A DNA stretch of 64,000 nucleotides, taken from positions 16,944-80,943 of IMG/VR virus record IMGVR_UViG_3300048858_000027. The stretch is one strand, 5' to 3'. The notes under the pieces were generated by a model. That model saw nothing but the letters and a program-made list of their open reading frames with translations. It was not told where the DNA came from and ran no database searches. Below are positions 27,622-36,240 of this stretch, one piece after another. The position numbers and the translations under genes are program-made. This DNA is from a virus (Duplodnaviria > Caudoviricetes). Numbering within the stretch: position 1 is the stretch's first letter; each line of letters begins with the position of its first letter.

Positions 27622-28973
27622 GTCTTGGTCCTCAGATCGAAAACTTCCCTGGAAGGATCGACCTCGGCCGCAAGCGCCGATTTCCGCTTGATGATGTCGA
27701 AGATCCGCTGATCCAGGCTGTCCTCGTATTCGAGGATGGTGATCAGCAGCGGCGTGCTGCGCTTGCCACGGATCGCCCGACGATACCCCTGCACGAACTC
27801 GTCGTCGCCATAAGATAGCGACGAGAAGATCACATGATTGCAGTGATCCCAGTTGTAACCAACCGCCGCAACTGCCGGGCTTCCGACCAGAACCTGCACC
27901 TTCCCAGCACAGAAGTCCTCGTCGAGCTGGAGGCGCTTGGTGTTGGAGACGGTGCCGTTCATCAGCCCCACCGTCATGCCACGCTCCTGCACCCACTTCA
28001 CAAGGCGTTCTTGCTCGGGCACGAAGCAGGAGAAGAGGATCAACGGCTCACCAGACATCTCATGGTGCGCCAAGTGGATCTCCAGCAGCTCGTCCTTGCC
28101 CGTCCGCTCACCCTCGGTCAGCCCGAAAGTCTCGGGGTGCGACATGATCTGTCGGCACCGGAGGGCGTGGACGCCTTGGTTCGGGCTCTCCAGGAAGCTG
28201 TCCTCCAGCTCCAGCAGCGCCTGGGTTTCCCACTGGTCGTAGACCTCGCGCTGCTTGGTCGCCATCGGTGCCAGCTCTGGCACGATGACCTTCGCTTCCT
28301 TGCCGTAGATGGACTCGAATGAGCGACGGATGCAGTGTTTACCGATGATCTTGGAAACCCGATCGGCGTTATGCCAGCCAATCGTCTTCCCGTTCATGTC
28401 CACCAGGGCGTGGTGATTCATGAAACCCTGGTAGCTGCCGTAATAGCGGGGCTCGATCACCGCGATCATCGGATAGCAGGAATCCAGGCGGCCCTTGATC
28501 GGCGTCCCTGTCATGCCGACGAACCGCTCGATGCGGTTGCTGGCCTGGTAGAGCGCCTGGGTCGCCGCGGATTCCGTCTTGGTCCAATAGAGGTGGATCT
28601 CGTCACCGATGACTTGCTGCACATCCTTGGGCAGCAGGTGCCAGCAAAGGCGGAAGCGCGCTGGCCCCATCAGGAAGACCTTGGCCTGTGGATCTTCGAG
28701 GCGGTCCTTCCACTTAGGGCCGTCGATGATCACCACCTCCTCCGCCTTGAAGTGCGTGAAGCGGAGCAGTTCCTTTTTGTTCTTGCGCATGAGCTGCTTG
28801 GGCATCACCCAGCAGGTGCGTTCCTTGGCGCTGTCCCAGCGCCACCAGGCCATAACAGCGCAGGTCGGTGTCTTGCCCCCGCCCGGATCATGCAAGATCC
28901 CGGCACGGGGGTTAGCCATCAGGAAGCAGAGATCTTCAACTTGGTAGTCGCGTAGTGGAAGGATCGTGTTCAC
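27618..28973 (-). CDS. Superfamily 2 (SNF2-like) helicase
   Basis: LRDYQ Q-motif, DPGGGKT, GDEIH, MTGTPI, GYNWDHCNHVIF, QGYRRAIRG. Confidence 0.9.
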   Translation of the reverse strand: MNTILPLRDYQVEDLCFLMANPRAGILHDPGGGKTPTCAVMAWWRWDSAKERTCWVMPKQLMRKNKKELLRFTHFKAEEVVIIDGPKWKDRLEDPQAKVFLMGPARFRLCWHLLPKDVQQVIGDEIHLYWTKTESAATQALYQASNRIERFVGMTGTPIKGRLDSCYPMIAVIEPRYYGSYQGFMNHHALVDMNGKTIGWHNADRVSKIIGKHCIRRSFESIYGKEAKVIVPELAPMATKQREVYDQWETQALLELEDSFLESPNQGVHALRCRQIMSHPETFGLTEGERTGKDELLEIHLAHHEMSGEPLILFSCFVPEQERLVKWVQERGMTVGLMNGTVSNTKRLQLDEDFCAGKVQVLVGSPAVAAVGYNWDHCNHVIFSSLSYGDDEFVQGYRRAIRGKRSTPLLITILEYEDSLDQRIFDIIKRKSALAAEVDPSREVFDLRTKT

Positions 28974-29700
28974 GATTGCGGACCTTGGCCTCGTTGGCCG
29001 GAGTTGGTTCACGGTCGAACCAAACACCGTTCCACTCGTTCCGCATGTAGGCCCTGGTCACGATCGCCCCGAGAGATTCCCACGGCAGCGCAGCCAGATC
29101 AGCGGGGTGTTGCGAGAGGAGATGCTGGCTGTCGTGACCCGGCAGGTTGATAGGCACATCCTGGTCCGCGACGATCAGCAGGCGGCGGGGTGAAACCATC
29201 GCGGCTTGTGCAGCTATGTCGCGGATCATGGCTGTGTGTTTGGCTTGCACGCCCATCAGCACGAGCGGCTGGACGTTCGTTGCTTCCAGCTCGTTCATGA
29301 TGAGCGCCTGGGATGCCATGTTCATCCACAGAAAGGGCGGCTTGATAGGGCTGCTCATCTTCGCGAGGAGGGTGAGCCGCAGGTAGTCCACGTCCCCACG
29401 CAGCACCGTCACCCCCGATGGGGTTTCAGGGTCCACGTTCTTGGGCAGGGGAAGCATGAACCGCATCAGGCTGTTCGAGCGAAGTAGGTTCTCGAAGGCG
29501 ACCAGGTGGGGTCGGGCCGGGTTGAAAGCGTTCAGAGCAATCAGGTGATTGCAGATCTTCCGCTTCGGTGCCCGGACGATGAACGGGCTGACTTCCCGAA
29601 GGCCCATCGCGTTGACGCCGGAGCGTCCTTGTTCGAGCCAGGCTAGACCGTTGCTGGCCCAATGGATGCCGTAATGGGAAACCTCGATATGGTAGGACAT
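28936..29700 (-). CDS. Hypothetical protein
   Basis: 254 aa from ATG 29700; no recognised motif. Confidence 0.65.
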   Translation of the reverse strand: MSYHIEVSHYGIHWASNGLAWLEQGRSGVNAMGLREVSPFIVRAPKRKICNHLIALNAFNPARPHLVAFENLLRSNSLMRFMLPLPKNVDPETPSGVTVLRGDVDYLRLTLLAKMSSPIKPPFLWMNMASQALIMNELEATNVQPLVLMGVQAKHTAMIRDIAAQAAMVSPRRLLIVADQDVPINLPGHDSQHLLSQHPADLAALPWESLGAIVTRAYMRNEWNGVWFDREPTPANEAKVRNREHDPSTTRLPS

Positions 29701-29836
29701 GTTCGGATCACCGAGTGCTTGACTGGTGACTAGGTAGCACGCCCCACCGAGCGAAGGCACCGCCGGGCCACGGCCGGATGTGCCCACGTAGCCAGGGCCG
29801 TGAGGCCCTGTTCAGCCCGAGCGGGTGATTTCCCGA

Positions 29837-30325
29837 TCAGGCGCCTGATGTTCCAGTAGAGGAGAGCTTGCCCGGAGAGCGTGTGGTGCGATTCACGATC
29901 GTGGTCGCCTCCAGCATCAGCTTGTCCGGTGTGGTTTTCAGAAATATGCACAGTTTTTCGATCTCCAGAACGGTGAAATTGTGGAGGCCGCACCGCATCC
30001 GGGCCAGCAGATTGCTGTTGAAGCCCGTTTCGAGATCCACCCGAGCGTTCTCCTTGTCGAGAATCAGCTCGTTGCAGGCCCGGTCGAGGATCGTGCCCAG
30101 GGCGGCGAGGAGGTTGGACGCCGGGCGCTGCTCCTCGGTCGGGGTCCGGGGACGGCGGGTAGCGCGGGAGATCAGCCCAGCATCCCGGAGGATGCGGCCG
30201 ATCGTCACGGCATCGACGCCGAACATCTGCCCCAGCGTCTTGTCAGACTGCGAGGGGTTCCGGCGGAACTCTTCGCAGATTTTGGCATTACGCTCGACCT
30301 TGTGGGGATCGACGGTGCGGGCCAT
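29837..30325 (-). CDS. Transcriptional regulator with two HTH domains (repressor candidate)
   Basis: SDKTLGQMFGVDAVTIGRILRDAG HTH and XRE-like ETGFNSNLLARMRCG...TVLEIEKLCIFLKTTPDKLM; GAGGG SD; divergent from rep. Confidence 0.75.
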   Translation of the reverse strand: MARTVDPHKVERNAKICEEFRRNPSQSDKTLGQMFGVDAVTIGRILRDAGLISRATRRPRTPTEEQRPASNLLAALGTILDRACNELILDKENARVDLETGFNSNLLARMRCGLHNFTVLEIEKLCIFLKTTPDKLMLEATTIVNRTTRSPGKLSSTGTSGA

Positions 30326-30645
30326 ATTTTAACCCTCGCAAAAATGATGCCCAGTTTAGGGCATTCTTCAGACCGAGATATGCAGGAGCTGACACTCCTG
30401 CATTGTGCTCCTGCTGGGTCGCACCCCGGCAGGAGCTGTTTTATCTGAGCACTATTGCTCAGTTTGAATAACGTCAGTTCACAGTGACTGAAGCTCCGCT
30501 CCGGGTTGACGCAGATCAACTATAGGATTGAAACAGCACCTTGGTGGTCTTCTTCACCGCGGGTGCCGTGACTTGTCCCGGATTTACGCGGAGGTTTCTT
30601 TTGCCGCAACAAATTAACGACCTTTATCCCACGGAAAAGTGACCG

Positions 30646-30655
30646 TGAACCTTCA
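30646..30655. promoter_or_regulatory. TGA-N4-TCA box (TGAACCTTCA) between repressor-like gene and rep
   Basis: Exact reverse complement of TGAAGGTTCA in a low-GC intergenic gap. Confidence 0.55.
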
Positions 30656-30982
30656 TTAATCCCAACGCTCATGTGGCGCCTAAGTTCCCTGTTTGTTCTC
30701 TTATACGGGAACACCGGGAGGGTGTCGCTAGATTCGGAGGGAGTTGCGCGGAAGGGGCCGTCTGAGTAGCTTGGGCTTCTCATCCACCCAAAAAGAAAGG
30801 CCGTCTGAGACGAAGCACCGAAGCACCCCTCCCAAACGACCCCTACACTTACTGAACTGAACCGGCCCCATACTAAGCCAGCTTGTGATCTTGACACTCC
30901 CAAGCTAGGCCGGTCGGAAAAAAACCGCAAGGGGCGCGGAGGGGGAATCGCGTGCTTTCGACGAGGCGCCAAGCGAGGCCCT

Positions 30983-31540
30983 GTGCGGAAGATCCTTCGT
31001 AACGTGACCCCCCGCCCCGCTCGTCGGGGATCCCTGCCCATTGCGGCCTGGCAGCGCCAGCGGCTGGATGATCGGGAAAAGCGGGAGCTTCTCCAGCACG
31101 CCTATAACCTGGAGAAGCTCACCTACCGTCAGGGTACTGGCCGCCATGGTGGGGTGTTGCGTGATACGGCGCTGAAGGTGCTGCGGGCGCTTCTGTTCCG
31201 TGCCTGGAGCCGCCATAGCGTGTGCGACCCCTCCCTTTCCCAGCTCGCCACATGGACGCAGCTCGACCGCAAGACGGTCCAGGCTGCGATCAAGCGGCTG
31301 GAGGAGGCCAATCTGTTGAGGAAGATCCGGCGTGGCCTGGTCGTTGGGGTGCGCTTCGTCCAGTGGACGAATGCTTACCTCTTCCTCAGCTCTGCTTCGT
31401 GGCGGAGCGAGGGGAGTTACTCCCAAGCCGTAGAACATCTTTTAAAAGAAAAGAGGCTTAGGAGGCAGAAAACCCCCGTTGAGACCTTAACTGACGAACT
31501 AATCAATCAGTTAAGGCTTGCAGGGGGTCCAGGGCTCTAA
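30983..31540 (+). CDS. Plasmid-type winged-HTH replication initiator (Rep)
   Basis: GRHGGVLRDTALKVLRALLF...CDPSLSQLATWTQLDRKTVQAAIKRLEEANLLRKIRR...QWTNAY matches the HTH Rep pattern of small alphaproteobacterial plasmids; GAGG SD; counter-oriented. Confidence 0.65.
   Translation: MRKILRNVTPRPARRGSLPIAAWQRQRLDDREKRELLQHAYNLEKLTYRQGTGRHGGVLRDTALKVLRALLFRAWSRHSVCDPSLSQLATWTQLDRKTVQAAIKRLEEANLLRKIRRGLVVGVRFVQWTNAYLFLSSASWRSEGSYSQAVEHLLKEKRLRRQKTPVETLTDELINQLRLAGGPGL
31485..31516. repeat. Perfect 10-bp inverted repeat in AT-rich 3' end of rep
   Basis: CCTTAACTGA-12 nt-TCAGTTAAGG. Confidence 0.8.
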
Positions 31541-31541
31541 A

Positions 31542-31754
31542 TCAGCCCTCAGCCTTCGAGTCGTCCAGCTTTCCGCTCTTGATCTCCTCGTGGGTTGCCC
31601 ACGCGGATATGAGCTGCTGCCCCGCGGCCGACATGATCATGGCAGACACCCCATTGTCGGAGATGGCGACCACAACCTCCCCACCTCCCGTTAGGGGGAG
31701 ATGGACGAACGTGGACACGCCGTCCTGCTCGATGTGGAAATCCATGGTCGCCAT
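31542..31754 (-). CDS. Hypothetical protein
   Basis: 70 aa, AGGAG SD. Confidence 0.6.
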   Translation of the reverse strand: MATMDFHIEQDGVSTFVHLPLTGGGEVVVAISDNGVSAMIMSAAGQQLISAWATHEEIKSGKLDDSKAEG

Positions 31755-31765
31755 AGTAGTAGCTC

Positions 31766-32545
31766 CTAATTCAACCTATGGGTTATTAGCGCGTCCCGGA
31801 CCATCGTGTGGATGGTCTGGGTGTCTTCGACGTTCAGAATTTCCTGGAGCGTGCCCGCCAGGTCGGCCACTGCCTGCGACGACAACCGCCGTTGCTGTGG
31901 ATTCAGGTCACGAGCGGTTGCCCGCTTGCGTCCTGATGCCTCTGCCGCCTCAACCGCCTCGACGATCGCCTGGGCGGCTTCCTCGGTATCTTCGCTGCCG
32001 CGGAGAGCGCCGATCACGGTTGTGGCGGCCACCTTCCCGGCAACAATCATTTCCTTCACCTCAGTCGGGGCAGTCAGCAGGGTGAGGATGTTCTGCACCT
32101 GCCTGACCGTCACACCCGCCTTCTTGGCGATCTGCTCCTCGTCCCAGCCGAACCCCAGGAGACGCTGGAAGACCTCAGCCTTCTCCAGTGCCTCCAGCGG
32201 CTTTCCCGAGTTACGGGTGATGAGAGTCAGTGTCCTGTCGGCTTCGGAGGCATAGCTACCCTCGGGCACACAAGGGACGGTCTCGATAGGAACGCCATTC
32301 TCGATCGCCCGCATGGTCGCAGCCAGTCGGCAGTGACCGTCAACCAGGAACACCTGGTTCGATTGCAGACGAACGGTAAGGGCGTTCTGCACCCCGTTCT
32401 CGCTGATACTCGCTGTGAGATCTTCCAGATGAGCGTCGAGCGCCGGGCCAGGCTTGCGAACATTGAAGCCTGGTTGGACGACGATTTTTCGTGGGTCGAT
32501 CTGAAGAAGGTCACGGACCTTCTTCGCGTGGTCTTTGAGAGCCAT
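31766..32545 (-). CDS. ParB/Srx-like N-terminal domain protein with HTH
   Basis: GFNVR, LTASISENGVQNALTVR, LVDGHCRLAA, LEALEKA...GWDEEQIAKKAGVT HTH. Confidence 0.85.
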   Translation of the reverse strand: MALKDHAKKVRDLLQIDPRKIVVQPGFNVRKPGPALDAHLEDLTASISENGVQNALTVRLQSNQVFLVDGHCRLAATMRAIENGVPIETVPCVPEGSYASEADRTLTLITRNSGKPLEALEKAEVFQRLLGFGWDEEQIAKKAGVTVRQVQNILTLLTAPTEVKEMIVAGKVAATTVIGALRGSEDTEEAAQAIVEAVEAAEASGRKRATARDLNPQQRRLSSQAVADLAGTLQEILNVEDTQTIHTMVRDALITHRLN

Positions 32546-32551
32546 GGGATG

Positions 32552-32563
32552 TTCCTATCGGAG
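32552..32563 (-). promoter_or_regulatory. SD-hairpin variant (TCC-GATA-GGA) before ParB-like gene
   Basis: - strand CTCCGATAGGAACATCCC-ATG. Confidence 0.45.
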
Positions 32564-32616
32564 TGCCCGGAATGTGTCCGGGATGAGCTAAAGGGTGAAG
32601 AGGGATTTAGTATTAG

Positions 32617-32626
32617 TGAGGGTTCA
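32617..32626. promoter_or_regulatory. TGA-N4-TCA box (TGAGGGTTCA)
   Basis: One mismatch to TGAAGGTTCA, in gap upstream of ParB-like gene. Confidence 0.45.
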
Positions 32627-32908
32627 AAATAGCTTTTTAGTCTCGATTAGCTCCATGAGTGCGAGCGTCAGAGCGTCGGTCGTTCGACGCCCATGAGGCT
32701 CCTCGGGGAGCTTGCTGAGGTCAGGGCGTAAGTGTCTGATATCAAATATAAAGAGCTGGGTGCCGCTGCTGTCGGTAAACTGTGGATTGGTTGTCAGGAT
32801 AAATGTCTCGGGTTGCGCTATATCGTCATCCTCGTAACAGCGAAAGACTTTTACGCCCTGGTAGTCGAGTATCAGCTCAGGCTCCATGTAGACCTGGGCA
32901 AACGGCAT
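32624..32908 (-). CDS. Hypothetical protein
   Basis: 94 aa from ATG 32908; lower GC than flanks. Confidence 0.6.
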   Translation of the reverse strand: MPFAQVYMEPELILDYQGVKVFRCYEDDDIAQPETFILTTNPQFTDSSGTQLFIFDIRHLRPDLSKLPEEPHGRRTTDALTLALMELIETKKLF

Positions 32909-33548
32909 GATCGTCCTCGTCCTCCTCCTCGGTTTCGGGGTCCTCGTCCTCCTCCTCGGGCTCGTAGGTTTCCTCCCAACGAGCCCTCTGAAAGAGCATC
33001 CGGTAGGTGATCTCATCGGTGAGCCATTCGTCTGTCATCACTCGGTCAAACCCGACGAGCCAAACGTAGAGCTTACGAAGTTCTTCGAGAGTGAAGGGAT
33101 CGAGCGGATCGCTGTCAGGGTAATCGGGGTCGGGATAGAGGTGCAGGTCTCGCCCGTCCGGTAGTTTCTTCCCCTCGAAACGGACGAGCGTATAGGTATC
33201 GCCTCGTCTATCCGACTCCAGTTCGTAGTCGATGTCTTCACCTGGGTAGCTGGTCCATTCCTTACGGATGAAATTCCAGATGTCCTGCCACTCGCAGTTC
33301 TCGACCTCATAGTTCAAGTCTATGACATATTGCTCCCAAACCTTGTCGAGCTTGGGATCAAGCGGCTCCTCGAACTTCCCGTGCTTGCGCTCGTAGTCCT
33401 CGCGGTCGTCCGGGTAGCAATTCTGAGGGATACTCCACTCGAAGGGGTTGTTACCTCGCGCCTTGATCAGCTCGATGAGCTGCTGGCGATCGTCGCAGAG
33501 TGCGACTTGCACACTCGCGACGATCTCAGGATTTACATCCTCGTCCAT
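32877..33548 (-). CDS. Highly acidic hypothetical protein
   Basis: 223 aa, very Asp/Glu-rich, ends YEPEEEDEDPETEEEDEDD; lower GC. Confidence 0.7.
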   Translation of the reverse strand: MDEDVNPEIVASVQVALCDDRQQLIELIKARGNNPFEWSIPQNCYPDDREDYERKHGKFEEPLDPKLDKVWEQYVIDLNYEVENCEWQDIWNFIRKEWTSYPGEDIDYELESDRRGDTYTLVRFEGKKLPDGRDLHLYPDPDYPDSDPLDPFTLEELRKLYVWLVGFDRVMTDEWLTDEITYRMLFQRARWEETYEPEEEDEDPETEEEDEDDHAVCPGLHGA

Positions 33549-33549
33549 C

Positions 33550-34806
33550 TCAGCCCACCTTGATGTGAATCGTTTCAGCCCATGCCGGGCCTTTCTGCTG
33601 CGTCGTCGAGATGCAGAGCACCGGATAGGGCGGTGGTTCCTTGGGGAAGATGATCATCATGTCCGAGATGACGATCGCACAGGCAGGTTGGATCCCCTGC
33701 TCCTCGATCAGCTCGAAGGCTGGCCGGAAGTCGCTTCCGCCACCCCCTGTGAACCGCGGCTCGAAGGGCTCACCCTGCTCGAAGCTTTGGATCTCCGTCG
33801 CGTGGGCGTCACAGGAGATGAAGTGGGCTCGCTCAGGAAACATATCCTCGACGATATATTTCTGCTCAGCAAATGCCTGGCTCAGCTCGTCCTCGCCCAT
33901 CGAGCCGGAGGTGTCGGTGATCAATGCGAACTCGCCTGTGCCTTCCCGCAGGATGCCGGGCAGGTAGATCCCCTGCCAGATGAAGCGGCGGTTCGGCCGC
34001 GCCCAGGTTCGGTCGGTCTTCTGGGTCTGCGATACGAACTGGCGGAGGACGTTCTTCCAATCGACCTGCGGCTCACAGACATCCTCGACCAGACGATCCA
34101 TCCAACCGGGGGTGGTGCCTTGGTTCTTCATCCGCTGGGCCATGTGCGCCTGGCGGATCGCGATCTTCATCTCGTGCTCGTGGTGAGCGCGCTCGGCACC
34201 AGTGAGGGGCGCGTCTTGCACGGCACCCCAGCCGTCACCCGTCTCAGGGCTGCCAGCAGAGCCGTGGGAGGGGTCCTTGCCAGCCTGGCCCGGAGACTGT
34301 CCTGGAGACTGCTCAGGCTGCCCCTGGTCGTCCCCCTGCCCCTGCTGGGACTGGTCGCTCTGACCACCTTGCTGTGGCTTCTTGCCGCCGCCGTTCTGCT
34401 CCTCCTGCTGCAGCTTGTCGTAGATAACCTCGGTGGCCATGTCCTTGAATTGAGGCATGTCAACGCCGCCCTTCGGGAGAGCGAATTTCGCTTCCTTCAG
34501 GATGGCGTTGATCGCCGCGTCGGCCGCGATGTTGAACCGCTTTGGCTCGCGGTGGGCGCGGCGCAGGTGGTGCAGGTTCGCGACGTGCAGGATCTCGTGA
34601 GCGTAGACGCCGATCACCTCGTCCAGAGAGCACTTCTCGACGAACTCGGCGCACCAATAGAGATGCACCCCGTCCGTCGCCATGGTTCCGCTCGGGATCT
34701 CGATGGGCTTCAGGCGGAGGGCCAGGCTGCCGAAGAAGGGCTGGTGCATCAGGAGCTGCATCCGTGCCTTCAGCAGCTTCTGGGGAGGTGTCAGCTTTAC
34801 GTTCAT
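33550..34806 (-). CDS. DUF2201-like metallopeptidase + vWA protein
   Basis: MATDG, AHEILHV (HExxH), NIAADAAIN, Gln/Gly-rich linker, DTSGSM MIDAS, GGGGSDF, ISD. Confidence 0.9.
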   Translation of the reverse strand: MNVKLTPPQKLLKARMQLLMHQPFFGSLALRLKPIEIPSGTMATDGVHLYWCAEFVEKCSLDEVIGVYAHEILHVANLHHLRRAHREPKRFNIAADAAINAILKEAKFALPKGGVDMPQFKDMATEVIYDKLQQEEQNGGGKKPQQGGQSDQSQQGQGDDQGQPEQSPGQSPGQAGKDPSHGSAGSPETGDGWGAVQDAPLTGAERAHHEHEMKIAIRQAHMAQRMKNQGTTPGWMDRLVEDVCEPQVDWKNVLRQFVSQTQKTDRTWARPNRRFIWQGIYLPGILREGTGEFALITDTSGSMGEDELSQAFAEQKYIVEDMFPERAHFISCDAHATEIQSFEQGEPFEPRFTGGGGSDFRPAFELIEEQGIQPACAIVISDMMIIFPKEPPPYPVLCISTTQQKGPAWAETIHIKVG

Positions 34807-34812
34807 CGCGAT

Positions 34813-34828
34813 GATCCTTTTACGGATT
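34813..34828 (-). promoter_or_regulatory. SD-hairpin (AATCC-GTAAAA-GGATC)
   Basis: 6 nt before ATG 34806. Confidence 0.7.
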
Positions 34829-35032
34829 GGCGTTCTTGGCGGCGGCTGCGTCGAGCTGGTCCGCGAAGCCCAAGAACTGGGACCATAAGGCGGGGCGCTT
34901 AGCGGCCAGGGTGTGGATCTCAGCAGCCGTCAGTGGGTTGTCGCTGGCCATCACAGCCATGAACTGCTGCTGAACCTCAGACGTGTTCCTGCTCGCGGCA
35001 TAGAACATCTGAGCCTGGGTCATCTGGGACAT
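34820..35032 (-). CDS. Hypothetical protein
   Basis: 70 aa, preceded by SD-hairpin. Confidence 0.7.
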   Translation of the reverse strand: MSQMTQAQMFYAASRNTSEVQQQFMAVMASDNPLTAAEIHTLAAKRPALWSQFLGFADQLDAAAAKNANP

Positions 35033-35038
35033 TGGGAT

Positions 35039-35053
35039 GATCCTCTATGGATT
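35039..35053 (-). promoter_or_regulatory. SD-hairpin (AATCC-ATAGA-GGATC)
   Basis: 6 nt before ATG 35032; preceded by GC-rich hairpin 35057-35078. Confidence 0.7.
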
Positions 35054-35083
35054 GAGGGGCGGGCCGTGGCCCGCCCCAGAGCC

Positions 35084-35299
35084 TCAGCTTTTCCCGCTGC
35101 TGGCGAGAGATGTTCCATCGTCCAAAGAGACTTCCTCCAGGATCCAGTTCGAGATGAACATCTCGACCCCTCCCGCCGCCTGGATCTGATCCGCTACGTG
35201 TGCAGCGATGGTCTCTTTGGTGATAGGACCGGCGTAGACGCCGAGAGTGATGGAGAACTCCGCCTGGACAGCCAGGCGGATGTTGAGGTCGTCCATCAC
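35084..35299 (-). CDS. Hypothetical protein
   Basis: 71 aa, coupled to upstream stop. Confidence 0.55.
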   Translation of the reverse strand: MMDDLNIRLAVQAEFSITLGVYAGPITKETIAAHVADQIQAAGGVEMFISNWILEEVSLDDGTSLASSGKS

Positions 35300-36198
35300 A
35301 GGAACATCGCCGCCTTGTCGTAGATGGCCTTCGCCTTCGCCGCGGTATCCTGGCGGAAGCCCTCGTCGGCGCGCAGCGCCGAGGCGTCGTGGCGGGTCAG
35401 CTCGCGCAGCTCCAGCACCAGGGCGGCCAGCTCGGGGTCGTTGGTGATGTTCAGGGTCGGCAGCAGATCCACCAGGTCCTTGATGTTCTCGACCAGGCTG
35501 TCCCGGAAGATGCCGTCCACCACCTTGCCCGTCTCAGGGTCCACGCGGTAGGCCGTCAGCTTATCGACCATCTTCTTGGTCTTGTCCGCGATCCGACCCC
35601 AGACCTCCTTCATGGCTTCGGTCACAGCCTGCTCCACCCGCAGATCCGTCGAGCGGCGCAGCTCCGCCATCTCGGTCTCCGCGATGTTCAGGAACCAGTT
35701 GTTCGACACCGGCAGGGGGCTGGCGTTGATCTGGAAGGTGAACCGCTCGCGCAGCTTAGAGACGGGCGGATAGTCCTCATGGTCGAACATCCCGCCCAAC
35801 CGTGCCTTGGCCTGGTCGATGAGCTGCGGATATGCCTGCAGGAACTCCTCGACCGCGGCCTCGAACTGGCTGGTGAAGGCCCGCATCTTCTCCATGTAGG
35901 TGAAATAACCGTCCACCGAGAGCAAGCGGGCGCCCTCGTCGGTCCAGGGCAGCGTCACATCATAGTGGTGGGCGCGAGCGGCCGAGGCGATCTTCTTGAT
36001 CCGCTCCAGCGCCTGCTTGCCGATGATCTTCTTCTGGTAGCGCCCGCTATCGGTCACGTCCGCATTGTGCGTCTCCGCGATCTCCTCGGAGAAGCGGCGA
36101 TCCGTCTTCTCTCCCGTGAAGGTGCGGATGTTCAGGGAGATGAGCAGCACGCGGTTGGCGAGGGTGGTGCTGTCCGACATGGTGGAATCCAGCGGCAT
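35296..36198 (-). CDS. DUF3150-like protein
   Basis: LISLNIRTFTGEKTD, TLPW..EGARLL, YPQLI..A...LG.MF...DYP, FRDSLVENI...LNITNDPEL; between AAA and DUF2201 genes. Confidence 0.7.
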   Translation of the reverse strand: MPLDSTMSDSTTLANRVLLISLNIRTFTGEKTDRRFSEEIAETHNADVTDSGRYQKKIIGKQALERIKKIASAARAHHYDVTLPWTDEGARLLSVDGYFTYMEKMRAFTSQFEAAVEEFLQAYPQLIDQAKARLGGMFDHEDYPPVSKLRERFTFQINASPLPVSNNWFLNIAETEMAELRRSTDLRVEQAVTEAMKEVWGRIADKTKKMVDKLTAYRVDPETGKVVDGIFRDSLVENIKDLVDLLPTLNITNDPELAALVLELRELTRHDASALRADEGFRQDTAAKAKAIYDKAAMFL

Positions 36199-36204
36199 GG
36201 GTTT

Positions 36205-36240
36205 GATCCTGACGGATTGAGTGATTGAGTGGTTGAAATC
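36205..36240 (-). promoter_or_regulatory. SD-hairpin (AATCC-GTCA-GGATC) with upstream TCAATCAC repeats
   Basis: - strand GATTTCAACCACTCAATCACTCAATCCGTCAGGATC-6 nt-ATG. Confidence 0.75.

Noticed and set aside
30520-31041. 173-aa minus-strand ORF across the rep promoter gap
   Set aside because: Low-complexity translation, no SD, overlaps the rep start; more likely non-coding regulatory DNA.
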